Source of the DNA: Escherichia coli
GTDB taxonomy: Bacteria > Pseudomonadota > Gammaproteobacteria > Enterobacterales > Enterobacteriaceae
Length of the DNA: 64,000 bases
Direction: 5' to 3' (one strand)
NCBI RefSeq assembly: GCF_016903815.1
Contig: NZ_CP069973.1
Shown here: in pieces, positions 34,154 to 45,206 of the stretch
Numbering within the stretch: position 1 is the first letter of the stretch
Layout: every line of letters begins with the position of its first letter
Notes under the pieces: generated by a model
Told to the model about the DNA's origin: nothing
The model's database searches: none
Seen by the model: only the letters and a program-made list of their open reading frames with translations
Translations under genes and position numbers: made by a program

Positions 34154-35482
34154 ATGGAAAACGCTAAAATGAACTCGCTCATCGCCCAGTATCCGTTGGT
34201 AAAGGATCTGGTTGCTCTTCAAGAAACCACCTGGTTTAATCCTGGCACGACCTCATTGGCTGAAGGTTTACCTTATGTTGGCCTGACCGAACAGGATGTT
34301 CAGGACGCCCATGCGCGCTTATCCCGTTTTGCAGCCTATCTGGCAAAAGCATTTCCTGAAACTGCTGCTACTGGGGGGATTATTGAATCAGAACTGGTTG
34401 CCATTCCGGCTATGCAAAAACGGCTGGAAAAGGAATATCAACAACCGATCAGCGGGCAACTGCTACTGAAAAAAGATAGCCATTTGCCCATTTCCGGCTC
34501 CATAAAAGCACGCGGCGGGATTTATGAAGTCCTGGCACATGCAGAAAAACTGGCTCTGGAAGCGGGGTTGCTGACGCTTGAAGATGACTACAGCAAACTG
34601 CTTTCTCCGGAGTTTAAACAGTTCTTTAGCCAATACAGCATTGCTGTGGGCTCAACCGGAAATCTGGGGTTATCAATCGGCATTATGAGCGCCCGCATTG
34701 GCTTTAAGGTGACAGTACATATGTCTGCTGATGCCCGGGCATGGAAAAAAGCGAAACTGCGCAGCCATGGCGTTACGGTCGTGGAATATGAGCAAGATTA
34801 TGGTGTTGCAGTCGAGGAAGGACGTAAAGCAGCGCAGTCTGACCCGAACTGTTTCTTTATTGATGACGAGAATTCCCGCACGTTGTTCCTTGGGTATTCC
34901 GTCGCTGGCCAGCGTCTTAAAGCGCAATTTGCCGAGCAAAGTCGTATTGTCGATGCTGATAACCCTCTGTTTGTCTATCTGCCGTGTGGTGTTGGCGGTG
35001 GTCCTGGTGGCGTCGCATTCGGGCTTAAACTGGCATTTGGCGATCATGTTCACTGCTTTTTTGCCGAACCAACGCACTCCCCTTGTATGCTGTTAGGCGT
35101 CCATACAGGATTACACGATCAGATTTCTGTTCAGGATATTGGTATCGACAACCTTACCGCAGCGGATGGCCTTGCAGTTGGTCGCGCATCAGGCTTTGTC
35201 GGGCGGGCAATGGAGCGTCTACTGGATGGCTTCTATACCCTTAGCGATCAAACCATGTATGACATGCTTGGCTGGCTGGCGCAGGAAGAAGGCATTCGTC
35301 TTGAACCTTCGGCACTGGCGGGTATGGCCGGGCCTCAGCGCGTGTGCGCATCAGTAAGTTACCAACAGATGCACGGTTTCAGCGCAGAACAACTGCGTAA
35401 TGCCACTCATCTGGTGTGGGCGACGGGAGGTGGAATGGTGCCGGAAGAAGAGATGGAGCAATATCTGGCAAAAGGCCGCTAA
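34154..35482 (+). CDS. dsdA: D-serine ammonia-lyase (dehydratase)
   Basis: 442 aa, [22 protein letters not shown]...SGSIKARGG (PLP Lys motif). Confidence 0.97.
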   Translation: MENAKMNSLIAQYPLVKDLVALQETTWFNPGTTSLAEGLPYVGLTEQDVQDAHARLSRFAAYLAKAFPETAATGGIIESELVAIPAMQKRLEKEYQQPISGQLLLKKDSHLPISGSIKARGGIYEVLAHAEKLALEAGLLTLEDDYSKLLSPEFKQFFSQYSIAVGSTGNLGLSIGIMSARIGFKVTVHMSADARAWKKAKLRSHGVTVVEYEQDYGVAVEEGRKAAQSDPNCFFIDDENSRTLFLGYSVAGQRLKAQFAEQSRIVDADNPLFVYLPCGVGGGPGGVAFGLKLAFGDHVHCFFAEPTHSPCMLLGVHTGLHDQISVQDIGIDNLTAADGLAVGRASGFVGRAMERLLDGFYTLSDQTMYDMLGWLAQEEGIRLEPSALAGMAGPQRVCASVSYQQMHGFSAEQLRNATHLVWATGGGMVPEEEMEQYLAKGR

Positions 35483-35589
35483 TTACTTTTCAATTCAGCA
35501 TCGCCATCCTTTCCCTGGGTGAGCGATGCTGCCGATGGCGCAGACTTAAGGTCCCTGGTCTTACCTGCTATAACCCCCTCCTTTTATCA

Positions 35590-37128
35590 TCACCCAACGC
35601 CTTTCGCTGTAAACGGCGGTTTCGCAAACCAAACCAAAACTGTAAGTAAGATAAAAGCAATAGCCGCCATACGGAAAATCTCATTTGCAGAAATTGAAAG
35701 TGACTGCTGAGTTATTTCATTATTAATTTCATTAAGAACCCCTGAAAGCGAACCATAGTATTTATCCATAATTTGTGACGATGAATTAAACACGGGGTTA
35801 AATTGATCGATGGTTGCTGTCAACTGACTATGGTGTAACGATTCGCGTCGTCCCCACAGCGTCATTGTCAACGACGTACCAACTGATCCTGACAAGGTGC
35901 GAAAAAAATTACTCATACTCGAGGCATTGGCAAATTTATTATCTGGCAACCCTGAAAACGAAATCGTTGTTAAGGGTAAAAAGAAACAGGCAACGGCGAA
36001 TCCCTGGAAAAACTGTGGCAAAATGATGCCTGTAAAATCAATCGTTGGCATAAATGTCACAGAACGCCAGTAATAGCAAACCGCATACATTAAAAAACTA
36101 AATGTCACCAACAACCGCATATCAATTTTGTTGCCATAACGTCCTATCAAAGGTGATATTAATAGCGGCATGATGCCGATGGGCGCATAGGCAAGTCCGG
36201 CCCATATCGCATTATACCCCATCGTTTCCTGGAGTAACTGCGGCATAAGGACTATCGCCCCAGAGTAAAATAAATACGCGCATGTGATACTCACAATACC
36301 AATGGTGAAATTACGGGACTTAAACAAACTGAGATCAAGAATCGGGTTCTCTGAGGTCGACTCCCAAATGACTAAAGAAATCAGAGAAATAACTGACACT
36401 ACTGTTAGTATTATTATTGTACTCGAGTTGAACCAATCCAGGTCGCGCCCTTTATCAAGCATTATCTGCAAGCCACCAACACCGAGCACTAACAGGGTCA
36501 GTCCTGGTAGATTCATTTTGACCGGTGAAGTCTCAGTTTCTCTTCCTTTAAGTAAGGTTAAGCATAATGTCAGAACGATAATCCCCATAGGGACATTGAT
36601 TAAAAATATCCAACCCCAGCTAAAGTTATCACAAATATAACCGCCCAATATCGGCCCACATATCGGCGCGATAATCACGGTCATAGACCATAATGCCAGA
36701 GCAAATGTTCTTTTTTCTGGTGGATAATTCCTTAATAATAAACTCTGTGACAGTGGAATTAACGGCCCCGCCATTAACCCCTGAACGACTCTAAAAAATA
36801 TCAGCACATCAAGATTGGTCGATAGGCTACACATTAATGAAGATAGCGAAAAAAAGGTTACTGAAAGTAAAAATAATCTTAATTCGCCTATTCTTTGTGC
36901 CAACCTGCCGGTAACAGGGATCGCAATGGCATTTGCTACACCAAACGAAGTGATAACCCAGGTGCCTTCGTCTGTTGATGCTCCCAGAAAGCCAGATATT
37001 GTCGGTATTGCGACGTTAGAAATAGTGGAATCCAACATTTGCATAAACGTCGCTAATGACAATGCAATAGTGACGCACCATAACGTCCCACCGGTTAATG
37101 GTGCCGGAGTTGATTTAGTGATTGCCAT
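35590..37128 (-). CDS. emrY: Multidrug efflux MFS transporter EmrY (EmrB paralogue)
   Basis: 512 aa, 14-TM MFS, in K-12 order after emrK. Confidence 0.93.
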   Translation of the reverse strand: MAITKSTPAPLTGGTLWCVTIALSLATFMQMLDSTISNVAIPTISGFLGASTDEGTWVITSFGVANAIAIPVTGRLAQRIGELRLFLLSVTFFSLSSLMCSLSTNLDVLIFFRVVQGLMAGPLIPLSQSLLLRNYPPEKRTFALALWSMTVIIAPICGPILGGYICDNFSWGWIFLINVPMGIIVLTLCLTLLKGRETETSPVKMNLPGLTLLVLGVGGLQIMLDKGRDLDWFNSSTIIILTVVSVISLISLVIWESTSENPILDLSLFKSRNFTIGIVSITCAYLFYSGAIVLMPQLLQETMGYNAIWAGLAYAPIGIMPLLISPLIGRYGNKIDMRLLVTFSFLMYAVCYYWRSVTFMPTIDFTGIILPQFFQGFAVACFFLPLTTISFSGLPDNKFANASSMSNFFRTLSGSVGTSLTMTLWGRRESLHHSQLTATIDQFNPVFNSSSQIMDKYYGSLSGVLNEINNEITQQSLSISANEIFRMAAIAFILLTVLVWFAKPPFTAKGVG

Positions 37129-38291
37129 TAAAGTTGTCCATTATGCGAAATAATGTTGCTAATTTCTTTTTCTATCGGACTGGTATCGATAACTAAAGCC
37201 TTACTGGTATAAGCAGGCATGGACGTCACGGTTGAAGCCAGCTCAGGCATCTCGGCAATGTCTTCGTTCTTCGTATCAATAGTTGCTGTCATCGATAAAC
37301 CAATACGTAAGGGATGTTCCATGAGTTCTTTTGGATCAAGAGAAACTTCAACCGGTACACGCTGAACGATTTTGATCCAGTTCCCTGTCGCATTTTGTGC
37401 AGGTAATAAGGAGAACGCATTGCCGGTTCCCATATTGATCCCTGTCACCCGACCATGAAACACAACATTTTCACCATAAAGATCGCTGATAATATTGACC
37501 GATTGACCAATCCGTACATCCGTGAGTTGTGTTTCTTTAAAGTTGGCATTAACCCACATTTGACGTGCCGGTACGACAGCCATTAACGATTGTCCGGGAC
37601 TCACTGTTTCGCCGACCTGAACGCTTCTCTGGGCAATATAGCCGGTAACAGGACTCTTAATATCCGTACGTTTAAGCGCTAACCAGGCTTCTTTGGTTGC
37701 ATCCGCCGCTTCAACGACTTGTGGCTGACGGTTTAATGGTGTGTTCATTACTAAAGCTTTATTCGCTTTATAAGCCTGGATAGCGGCATTCAATGCCGCT
37801 TTGCTACTTATTAACGTATCTTTGGTATGCTCCAGCGTTTCTTTTGAAATAACCCCCTGCTTCGCTAAAGGTACACGACGGTTATAATCTTCTAAAGATT
37901 GTTGATACTGAATACGTGCTGAAGCGACTTCGGCACTGTATTGTTTATCCTGTAAGTACAGTTTATTCGTTTGCCGAACAATATTGGCCAGATTATTTTT
38001 AGCTTTATTGAGTGCGATAGTGGCATCAGTCTTATCCAGTGAGACTAAAATGTCACCCTGTCGAACGTAGTTCGTATCTTTATGATTAACGACAGTGACG
38101 CTGCCTGAAACTTGTGCAGAAATTGGATCTGCATTCCCCGTGACATAGGCATCATCTGTACTAATCATGTCTTCTAATTCCATTGACCAATAGGCATAGG
38201 CACCTGAAAACGCAATAAATAAAACTACCGCCAATAAAGAAAAGTATTTTCTTCTGTTAGAATGTTTTTTATTTGAATTAATCTGTTCCAC
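37128..38291 (-). CDS. emrK: Multidrug efflux membrane-fusion protein EmrK (EmrA paralogue)
   Basis: 387 aa with an N-terminal anchor and HlyD-family coiled coil. Divergent from evgA. Confidence 0.93.
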   Translation of the reverse strand: MEQINSNKKHSNRRKYFSLLAVVLFIAFSGAYAYWSMELEDMISTDDAYVTGNADPISAQVSGSVTVVNHKDTNYVRQGDILVSLDKTDATIALNKAKNNLANIVRQTNKLYLQDKQYSAEVASARIQYQQSLEDYNRRVPLAKQGVISKETLEHTKDTLISSKAALNAAIQAYKANKALVMNTPLNRQPQVVEAADATKEAWLALKRTDIKSPVTGYIAQRSVQVGETVSPGQSLMAVVPARQMWVNANFKETQLTDVRIGQSVNIISDLYGENVVFHGRVTGINMGTGNAFSLLPAQNATGNWIKIVQRVPVEVSLDPKELMEHPLRIGLSMTATIDTKNEDIAEMPELASTVTSMPAYTSKALVIDTSPIEKEISNIISHNGQL

Positions 38292-38464
38292 TATTATCTC
38301 TCATTTCGCATAGATGAAATTTATGAATTGAATGAAAAGAGTATTCATTCTTCATATCAAACACAGTGCATGTGTTGCACATTGTCCCAGGAACGTTGGA
38401 GGCCTAATTTAAATGAGGTGCAAAAAAAACAACAGAGGACTAAACCGTGGCTTTTGCAATACAA

Positions 38465-38482
38465 TTCTTACGCATGTAGGAT
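38465..38482. promoter_or_regulatory. Candidate EvgA box in the emrK-evgA intergenic region
   Basis: Imperfect inverted repeat TTCTTAC-GCAT-GTAGGAT, resembling the published TTCYTACA-type EvgA half-sites (from memory). Confidence 0.4.
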
Positions 38483-38706
38483 TAGTGAGAAGACTTATAG
38501 TACTAATGTGAAACTATAAATCATCGGTACAATCCCTGATTTTATTGTTGACATTTCATATATGCCGACTATTTATATGGTATACTTGTCGAATTATCTT
38601 AAAGGAAGCTCAAATTTTCTTATTTTTATTGAGAAAATGAGATGATGCCTTATGTCTGTATTACTACAGGGAGAAGGGAGATGCTTCATTGCAAAGGGAA
38701 TAATCT

Positions 38707-39321
38707 ATGAACGCAATAATTATTGATGACCATCCTCTTGCTATCGCAGCAATTCGTAATTTATTGATCAAAAACGATATTGAAATCTTAGCGGAGTTGA
38801 CTGAAGGGGGAAGTGCCGTTCAGCGGGTGGAAACACTTAAACCTGATATCGTCATCATTGATGTCGATATCCCCGGAGTTAACGGTATCCAGGTGTTAGA
38901 AACGCTGAGGAAGCGCCAATATAGCGGAATTATTATTATCGTCTCCGCTAAAAATGACCATTTTTACGGGAAACATTGTGCTGATGCTGGCGCTAATGGA
39001 TTCGTGAGTAAAAAAGAAGGCATGAACAATATCATTGCGGCTATTGAAGCTGCAAAAAATGGCTACTGCTATTTCCCCTTCTCTCTCAACCGGTTTGTTG
39101 GAAGTTTAACGTCCGACCAGCAAAAACTCGACTCCTTATCGAAACAAGAAATTAGTGTCATGCGATATATTCTTGATGGCAAGGATAATAATGACATTGC
39201 TGAAAAAATGTTCATCAGCAACAAAACTGTCAGCACTTATAAAAGTCGCCTGATGGAAAAATTAGAATGTAAATCACTGATGGATCTTTACACATTCGCA
39301 CAACGTAACAAAATCGGCTAA
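38707..39321 (+). CDS. evgA: Response regulator EvgA (NarL/FixJ family)
   Basis: 204 aa, MNAIIIDDHPLAIAAIRNLL..., with a LuxR-type HTH at the C-terminus. Confidence 0.97.
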   Translation: MNAIIIDDHPLAIAAIRNLLIKNDIEILAELTEGGSAVQRVETLKPDIVIIDVDIPGVNGIQVLETLRKRQYSGIIIIVSAKNDHFYGKHCADAGANGFVSKKEGMNNIIAAIEAAKNGYCYFPFSLNRFVGSLTSDQQKLDSLSKQEISVMRYILDGKDNNDIAEKMFISNKTVSTYKSRLMEKLECKSLMDLYTFAQRNKIG

Positions 39322-39325
39322 CCAC

Positions 39326-42300
39326 ATGAAGTTTTTACCCTATATTTTTCTTCTCTGTTGTGGTCTTTGGTCGACCATAAGTTTCGCAGACGAAGATTAC
39401 ATCGAATATCGTGGCATCAGTAGTAACAACCGTGTCACGCTTGATCCACTACGTCTGAGCAACAAGGAATTACGTTGGTTAGCGAGCAAAAAAAATCTTG
39501 TGATTGCAGTACACAAGTCCCAAACGGCTACTTTGTTGCATACCGATTCGCAGCAACGGGTTCGTGGTATTAATGCTGATTATTTAAATCTTTTAAAAAG
39601 AGCGTTAAATATTAAATTAACACTCCGGGAATACGCAGATCATCAAAAAGCAATGGACGCGCTTACAGAAGGGGAAGTCGATATAGTGTTATCACATTTA
39701 GTTGCTTCGCCGCCTCTTAATGATGACATTGCTGCAACCAAACCGCTGATAATTACCTTTCCGGCGCTGGTCACCACCCTTCACGATTCAATGAGCCCGC
39801 TTACCTCATCAAAACCAGTAAATATTGCTCGGGTAGCAAATTACCCTCCAGATGAGGTAATTCATCAATCATTTCCAAAAGCAACAATTATCTCTTTTAC
39901 AAATTTATATCAGGCATTAGCATCCGTCTCAGCCGGACAGAATGATTACTTTATTGGTAGTAACATTATTACCAGCAGTATGATTTCCCGCTATTTCACT
40001 CACTCCTTAAATGTAGTGAAATATTATAACTCGCCGCGTCAATATAACTTTTTCTTAACCAGAAAAGATTCAGTCGTTCTTAATGAAGTACTCAATCGAT
40101 TTGTTGATGCTTTAACAAATGAAGTTCGCTATGAAGTATCACAAAATTGGCTTGATACAGGAAACCTGGCCTTTCTGAACAAACCATTAGAACTCACTGA
40201 ACATGAAAAACAGTGGATTAAGCAGCATCCCGATTTAAAGGTGCTGGAAAATCCTTACTCGCCACCCTATTCTATGACAGATGAAACTGGCTCAGTTCGG
40301 GGCGTGATGGGTGATATTCTTAATATTATTACCTTGCAAACAGGTTTAAATTTTTCTCCGATCACCGTTTCACACAATATTCATGCGGGGACACAGCTTA
40401 ACCCCGGTGGATGGGATATATTGCCCGCCGCTATTTATAGTGAAGATAGAGAAAATAATGTTTTATTTGCTGAAGCCTTCATAACAACGCCTTACGTTTT
40501 TGTCATGCAAAAAGCGCCTGACAGTGAACAAACATTAAAAAAAGGAATGAAAGTTGCCATTCCCTATTATTATGAGCTTCATTCGCAATTAAAAGAGATG
40601 TATCCGGAGGTAGAGTGGATAAAAGTCGATAACGCCAGCGCTGCATTTCACAAGGTCAAGGAAGGCGAACTTGATGCTCTGGTCGCGACACAGTTAAATT
40701 CACGTTACATGATCGACCATTACTATCCTAATGAACTTTATCATTTTCTTATTCCCGGCGTTCCGAATGCATCGCTTTCGTTCGCTTTTCCTCGCGGAGA
40801 ACCGGAACTTAAGGATATTATTAATAAAGCACTGAATGCAATTCCCCCAAGCGAAGTTCTGCGCCTGACGGAAAAATGGATTAAAATGCCCAATGTGACC
40901 ATTGACACATGGGACCTCTATAGCGAGCAATTTTATATTGTCACGACATTATCCGTTTTATTAGTTGGCAGTAGCCTTTTATGGGGATTCTACCTGTTAC
41001 GCTCAGTTCGTCGTCGTAAAGTCATTCAGGGTGATTTAGAAAACCAAATATCATTCCGAAAAGCACTCTCGGATTCCTTACCGAATCCAACTTATGTTGT
41101 AAACTGGCAAGGTAATGTCATTAGTCATAATAGTGCTTTTGAACATTATTTCACTGCGGATTACTACAAAAATGCAATGTTACCATTAGAAAACAGTGAC
41201 TCACCCTTTAAAGATGTTTTTTCTAATGCGCATGAAGTTACAGCAGAAACGAAAGAAAATCGAACAATATACACACAGGTATTTGAAATTGATAATGGCA
41301 TCGAGAAAAGATGCATTAATCACTGGCATACATTATGCAATCTGCCAGCCAGCGATCATGCTGTTTATATTTGTGGTTGGCAAGATATTACCGAGACGCG
41401 TGATTTAATTCATGCACTCGAGGTAGAGAGAAATAAAGCGATCAATGCAACTGTCGCAAAAAGCCAGTTTCTGGCAACAATGAGTCACGAAATAAGAACA
41501 CCAATAAGCTCCATTATGGGCTTCCTGGAACTTCTGTCGGGTTCTGGTCTTAGCAAGGAGCAACGGGTGGAGGCGATTTCACTTGCCTACGCCACCGGAC
41601 AATCACTCCTCGGCTTAATTGGTGAAATCCTTGATGTCGACAAAATTGAATCGGGTAACTATCAACTTCAACCACAATGGGTCGATATCCCTACTTTAGT
41701 CCAGAACACTTGTCACTCTTTCGGTGCGATTGCTGCAAGCAAATCGATCGCATTAAGTTGCAGCAGTACGTTTCCTGAACATTACCTGGTTAAGATCGAC
41801 CCTCAGGCGTTTAAGCAGGTCTTATCTAATTTACTGAGCAATGCTCTCAAATTTACCACCGAGGGGGCAGTAAAAATTACGACCTCCCTGGGTGACATTG
41901 ATGACAACCACGCTGTTATCAAAATGACGATTATGGATTCTGGAAGTGGATTATCGCAGGAAGAACAACAACAACTGTTTAAACGCTATAGCCAAACAAG
42001 TGCAGGTCGTCAGCAAACAGGTTCTGGTTTAGGCTTAATGATCTGCAAAGAATTAATTAAAAACATGCTGGGTGATTTGTCATTAGAAAGTCATCCCGGC
42101 ATAGGAACGACATTTACGATCACAATCCCGGTAGAAATTACCCAACAAGTGGCGACTGTCGAGGCAAAAGCAGAACAACCTATGACACTCCCTGAAAAGT
42201 TGAGTATATTAATCGCGGATGATCATCCAACCAACAGGCTATTACTCAAACGCCAGCTAAACCTATTAGGATATGATGTTGATGAAGCCACTGATGGTGT

Positions 42301-42919
42301 GCAAGCGCTACACAAAGTCAGTATGCAACATTATGATCTGCTTATTACTGACGTTAATATGCCGAATATGGATGGTTTTGAGTTGACTCGCAAACTCCGT
42401 GAGCAAAATTCTTCCTTACCCATCTGGGGGCTTACAGCCAACGCACAGGCTAACGAACGTGAAAAAGGGTTAAATTGCGGCATGAACTTATGTTTGTTCA
42501 AACCGTTGACCCTGAATGTACTGAAAACACATTTAAGTCAGTTACACCAGGTTGCGCATATTGCACCTCAGTATCGCCACCTTGATATCGAGGCCCTGAA
42601 AAATAATACGGCGAAAGATCTACAACTGATGCAGGAGATTCTCATGACTTTCCAGCATGAAACGCATAAAGATCTACCCGCTGCGTTTCATGCGTTAGAA
42701 GCTGGCGATAACAGAACTTTCCATCAGTGTATTCATCGCATCCACGGTGCGGCTAACATCCTGAATTTGCAAAAGTTGATTAATCTTAGCCATCAGTTAG
42801 AAATAACGCCCGTTTCAGATGACAGCAAGCCTGAAATTCTTAAGTTGCTGAACTCTGTTAAAGAACACATTGCAGAGCTGGACCAGGAGATAGCTGTTTT
42901 CTGTCAACAAAATGACTAA
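39326..42919 (+). CDS. evgS: Hybrid sensor kinase EvgS (two periplasmic PBP domains, HK, receiver, HPt)
   Basis: 1197 aa with H-box SHEIRTPISSI, a receiver domain with DVNMPNMDG, and a C-terminal HPt. Confidence 0.97.
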   Translation: MKFLPYIFLLCCGLWSTISFADEDYIEYRGISSNNRVTLDPLRLSNKELRWLASKKNLVIAVHKSQTATLLHTDSQQRVRGINADYLNLLKRALNIKLTLREYADHQKAMDALTEGEVDIVLSHLVASPPLNDDIAATKPLIITFPALVTTLHDSMSPLTSSKPVNIARVANYPPDEVIHQSFPKATIISFTNLYQALASVSAGQNDYFIGSNIITSSMISRYFTHSLNVVKYYNSPRQYNFFLTRKDSVVLNEVLNRFVDALTNEVRYEVSQNWLDTGNLAFLNKPLELTEHEKQWIKQHPDLKVLENPYSPPYSMTDETGSVRGVMGDILNIITLQTGLNFSPITVSHNIHAGTQLNPGGWDILPAAIYSEDRENNVLFAEAFITTPYVFVMQKAPDSEQTLKKGMKVAIPYYYELHSQLKEMYPEVEWIKVDNASAAFHKVKEGELDALVATQLNSRYMIDHYYPNELYHFLIPGVPNASLSFAFPRGEPELKDIINKALNAIPPSEVLRLTEKWIKMPNVTIDTWDLYSEQFYIVTTLSVLLVGSSLLWGFYLLRSVRRRKVIQGDLENQISFRKALSDSLPNPTYVVNWQGNVISHNSAFEHYFTADYYKNAMLPLENSDSPFKDVFSNAHEVTAETKENRTIYTQVFEIDNGIEKRCINHWHTLCNLPASDHAVYICGWQDITETRDLIHALEVERNKAINATVAKSQFLATMSHEIRTPISSIMGFLELLSGSGLSKEQRVEAISLAYATGQSLLGLIGEILDVDKIESGNYQLQPQWVDIPTLVQNTCHSFGAIAASKSIALSCSSTFPEHYLVKIDPQAFKQVLSNLLSNALKFTTEGAVKITTSLGDIDDNHAVIKMTIMDSGSGLSQEEQQQLFKRYSQTSAGRQQTGSGLGLMICKELIKNMLGDLSLESHPGIGTTFTITIPVEITQQVATVEAKAEQPMTLPEKLSILIADDHPTNRLLLKRQLNLLGYDVDEATDGVQALHKVSMQHYDLLITDVNMPNMDGFELTRKLREQNSSLPIWGLTANAQANEREKGLNCGMNLCLFKPLTLNVLKTHLSQLHQVAHIAPQYRHLDIEALKNNTAKDLQLMQEILMTFQHETHKDLPAAFHALEAGDNRTFHQCIHRIHGAANILNLQKLINLSHQLEITPVSDDSKPEILKLLNSVKEHIAELDQEIAVFCQQND

Positions 42920-42974
42920 ATAGCGGCTCCCACAATATTCAAATGTGGGAGCTATTTACCAGCACATCTTACAT

Positions 42975-44120
42975 TTATGATGAGAACTCCTGGCGAATTT
43001 GTTCCCCATGCTGGTCGAGCGTTGCCGCTCCCGGCATAACATGCGGGTCCGCGCAGCCGCTGATTTTTATCGGATTACCTGGCATCATTATTCCCCCGGC
43101 TTCAATCAACATATTTCTCGCCTGAGTTTGTGGCAAATTAATGGCCTCAGCCACACTTAATAACGGCGCGACGGGCACACCAACTTCATGTATTTTGGCT
43201 AACCAAACTTCAGCTGCCTGCGTTTTTAACGTTCGCTCAATATATTGTTTAAGAATAGCCTGGTTTTGTACGCGTAAAATATTGCTGCTAAATCGGGGAT
43301 CATTAACCAGTTCCGTAAGCTCCAGTGCCTGGCATAACGCAGAAAAAAGCTTGTCATTACCACAACAAATAGTAATCGGCTTATCCTGAGTATCAAAAAC
43401 ATCAAAAGGTGCCATGTAGGGATGGCGATTTCCCAGGCGTTGTGGTGACTTCCCTGTCGCAATATATGCCATCAGACCATGCTCCAGAAAACTCAGCGTG
43501 GCATCAAACATCGCTATATCGACATGCGCCCCTCTCTGGCTCTTTTCGCGGCCATAAAGTGCACTCACTATTCCGCTGAATAAATAGACACCGCCACATA
43601 AATCCGCAAGAGAGGTACCCACGCGCACTGGCGGAGCATCAGAGTACCCTGTTTCCATCATTATCCCGCTCATTGCCTGAATGATGGTATCGTAGGCAGG
43701 AGCATCTTTTAGCGGGCCGGTATGCCCAAAACCTGACGATGAAGCATATATGAGACGCGGGTTGATTTCTTGTAGCGTTTCCCATGAAAACCCCAGTTTT
43801 TCCATTGTACCTGGGCGAAAATTCTCAGCTAATACATCCGCTTGTTTAAGCATATTTATAAATATGCTTTTATCGTGATCATTCTTTAAATCAAGAACCA
43901 CACTCTCTTTGCCATGATTAATAAAACTGTAATAGAGTGACTGTCCATCCACATAGGGACCAAATGTGCGGGTATCATCACCATGACCTGGCGGCTCAAC
44001 TTTAATTACCCTTGCGCCCATATTACAAAGAAGTTGAGTTCCGAAAGGCCCATTAAGGACATGCGTCATATCGATAACTAATAAGCCTTCAAACGGCCCT
44101 TTGCATTCATTATTGGTCAT
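42975..44120 (-). CDS. yfdE: Acetyl-CoA:oxalate CoA-transferase YfdE (family III CoA-transferase)
   Basis: 381 aa from MTNNECKGPFEGLLVIDMTHVLNGPFG. The track ORF is 13 codons longer. Confidence 0.92.
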   Translation of the reverse strand: MTNNECKGPFEGLLVIDMTHVLNGPFGTQLLCNMGARVIKVEPPGHGDDTRTFGPYVDGQSLYYSFINHGKESVVLDLKNDHDKSIFINMLKQADVLAENFRPGTMEKLGFSWETLQEINPRLIYASSSGFGHTGPLKDAPAYDTIIQAMSGIMMETGYSDAPPVRVGTSLADLCGGVYLFSGIVSALYGREKSQRGAHVDIAMFDATLSFLEHGLMAYIATGKSPQRLGNRHPYMAPFDVFDTQDKPITICCGNDKLFSALCQALELTELVNDPRFSSNILRVQNQAILKQYIERTLKTQAAEVWLAKIHEVGVPVAPLLSVAEAINLPQTQARNMLIEAGGIMMPGNPIKISGCADPHVMPGAATLDQHGEQIRQEFSS

Positions 44121-44193
44121 TTGCTTATACCTTGAAAAAAGCCGAAGGTGAAAAGACACTTCGGCATTTATGTAAAATCAATAACATGATTAA

Positions 44194-45138
44194 TTATGAA
44201 ACCAGTCGACTGACATAAATCCACAAGGGAGCCGTGACGACAAAACCCAGTACGCTCACAGCCAATGACGCTGTACCAGTGCGGGTGTAGACATTAAACC
44301 GACTGGCAATAATGATTCCGGAGAATGCCGGCGGTAATGCGCCTGCCAGTACCATCATCTGCAGATGTTCGCTGTTCAAATGACATGCCATACCCACGAG
44401 AAGCAGCGCCAGTGGCATCAGAATCAGCTTCAGGAAGGTGTTATAAGCAATTTCGGCACTGAACTCGAATTTATGTGCAGCCAGAGTCAACCCCGCAGCG
44501 AATACCGCCACCCCTGAGTTAGCCTTCGCAATCAGATTAAAGGTTGGGTCCCATGCTGCCGGAATTTTTACCCCAACCAACACCAGGATCGTTGCCAGAA
44601 CAGGTGCCCATACTACTGGCTCCTTTGCCGCAGAAATTAATGCGCTCAGATTACTATTCTTCTTACCATCTGCTCCTGAGGAAGGATTCAGCAAATACAG
44701 ACCAATAGGAATAGTAATTGCGTTAACAATAATAGAAATAATTGCTACAACTAAACCTGTTGATACGGAATCACCATAAATAGGATCGAGAACTGCAAAT
44801 CCCAGGAATCCGATGGTAGGTGAACCTGCAATTAATGCACATACTGCTGCTTCTGCATGAGTACGTTTAAAAAATTTGTAGCAACCAAACCAGGAGAAAA
44901 AGAAACATCCGACAATAACCACAAGTGATACAAGGGTCAGGCGAGTGTCCGCAAAAATCATTTCCCTGTTTGCCCGGGTAATAGAAACAAATAGGGCCGC
45001 AGGAAGAGCGTAGTTTAATACCAGTTTATTAAATGCCCGGGCTTGATCTTCTGAAAAAGTTTCTCGTCTGCCGCTAAAATAACCCAACAGCATGATTACG
45101 ATAATAGGCAATAAATCGCCAATAAAAAATGTTAGCAT
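44194..45138 (-). CDS. yfdV: AEC-family transporter YfdV
   Basis: 314-aa polytopic membrane protein in K-12 order. Confidence 0.9.
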
Positions 45139-45206
45139 AATAGTATTTCCGATAAGGGTCCCCTCACCATCGATAATGAGTTGGCAAGAGGAGACGATGT
45201 CAGTAT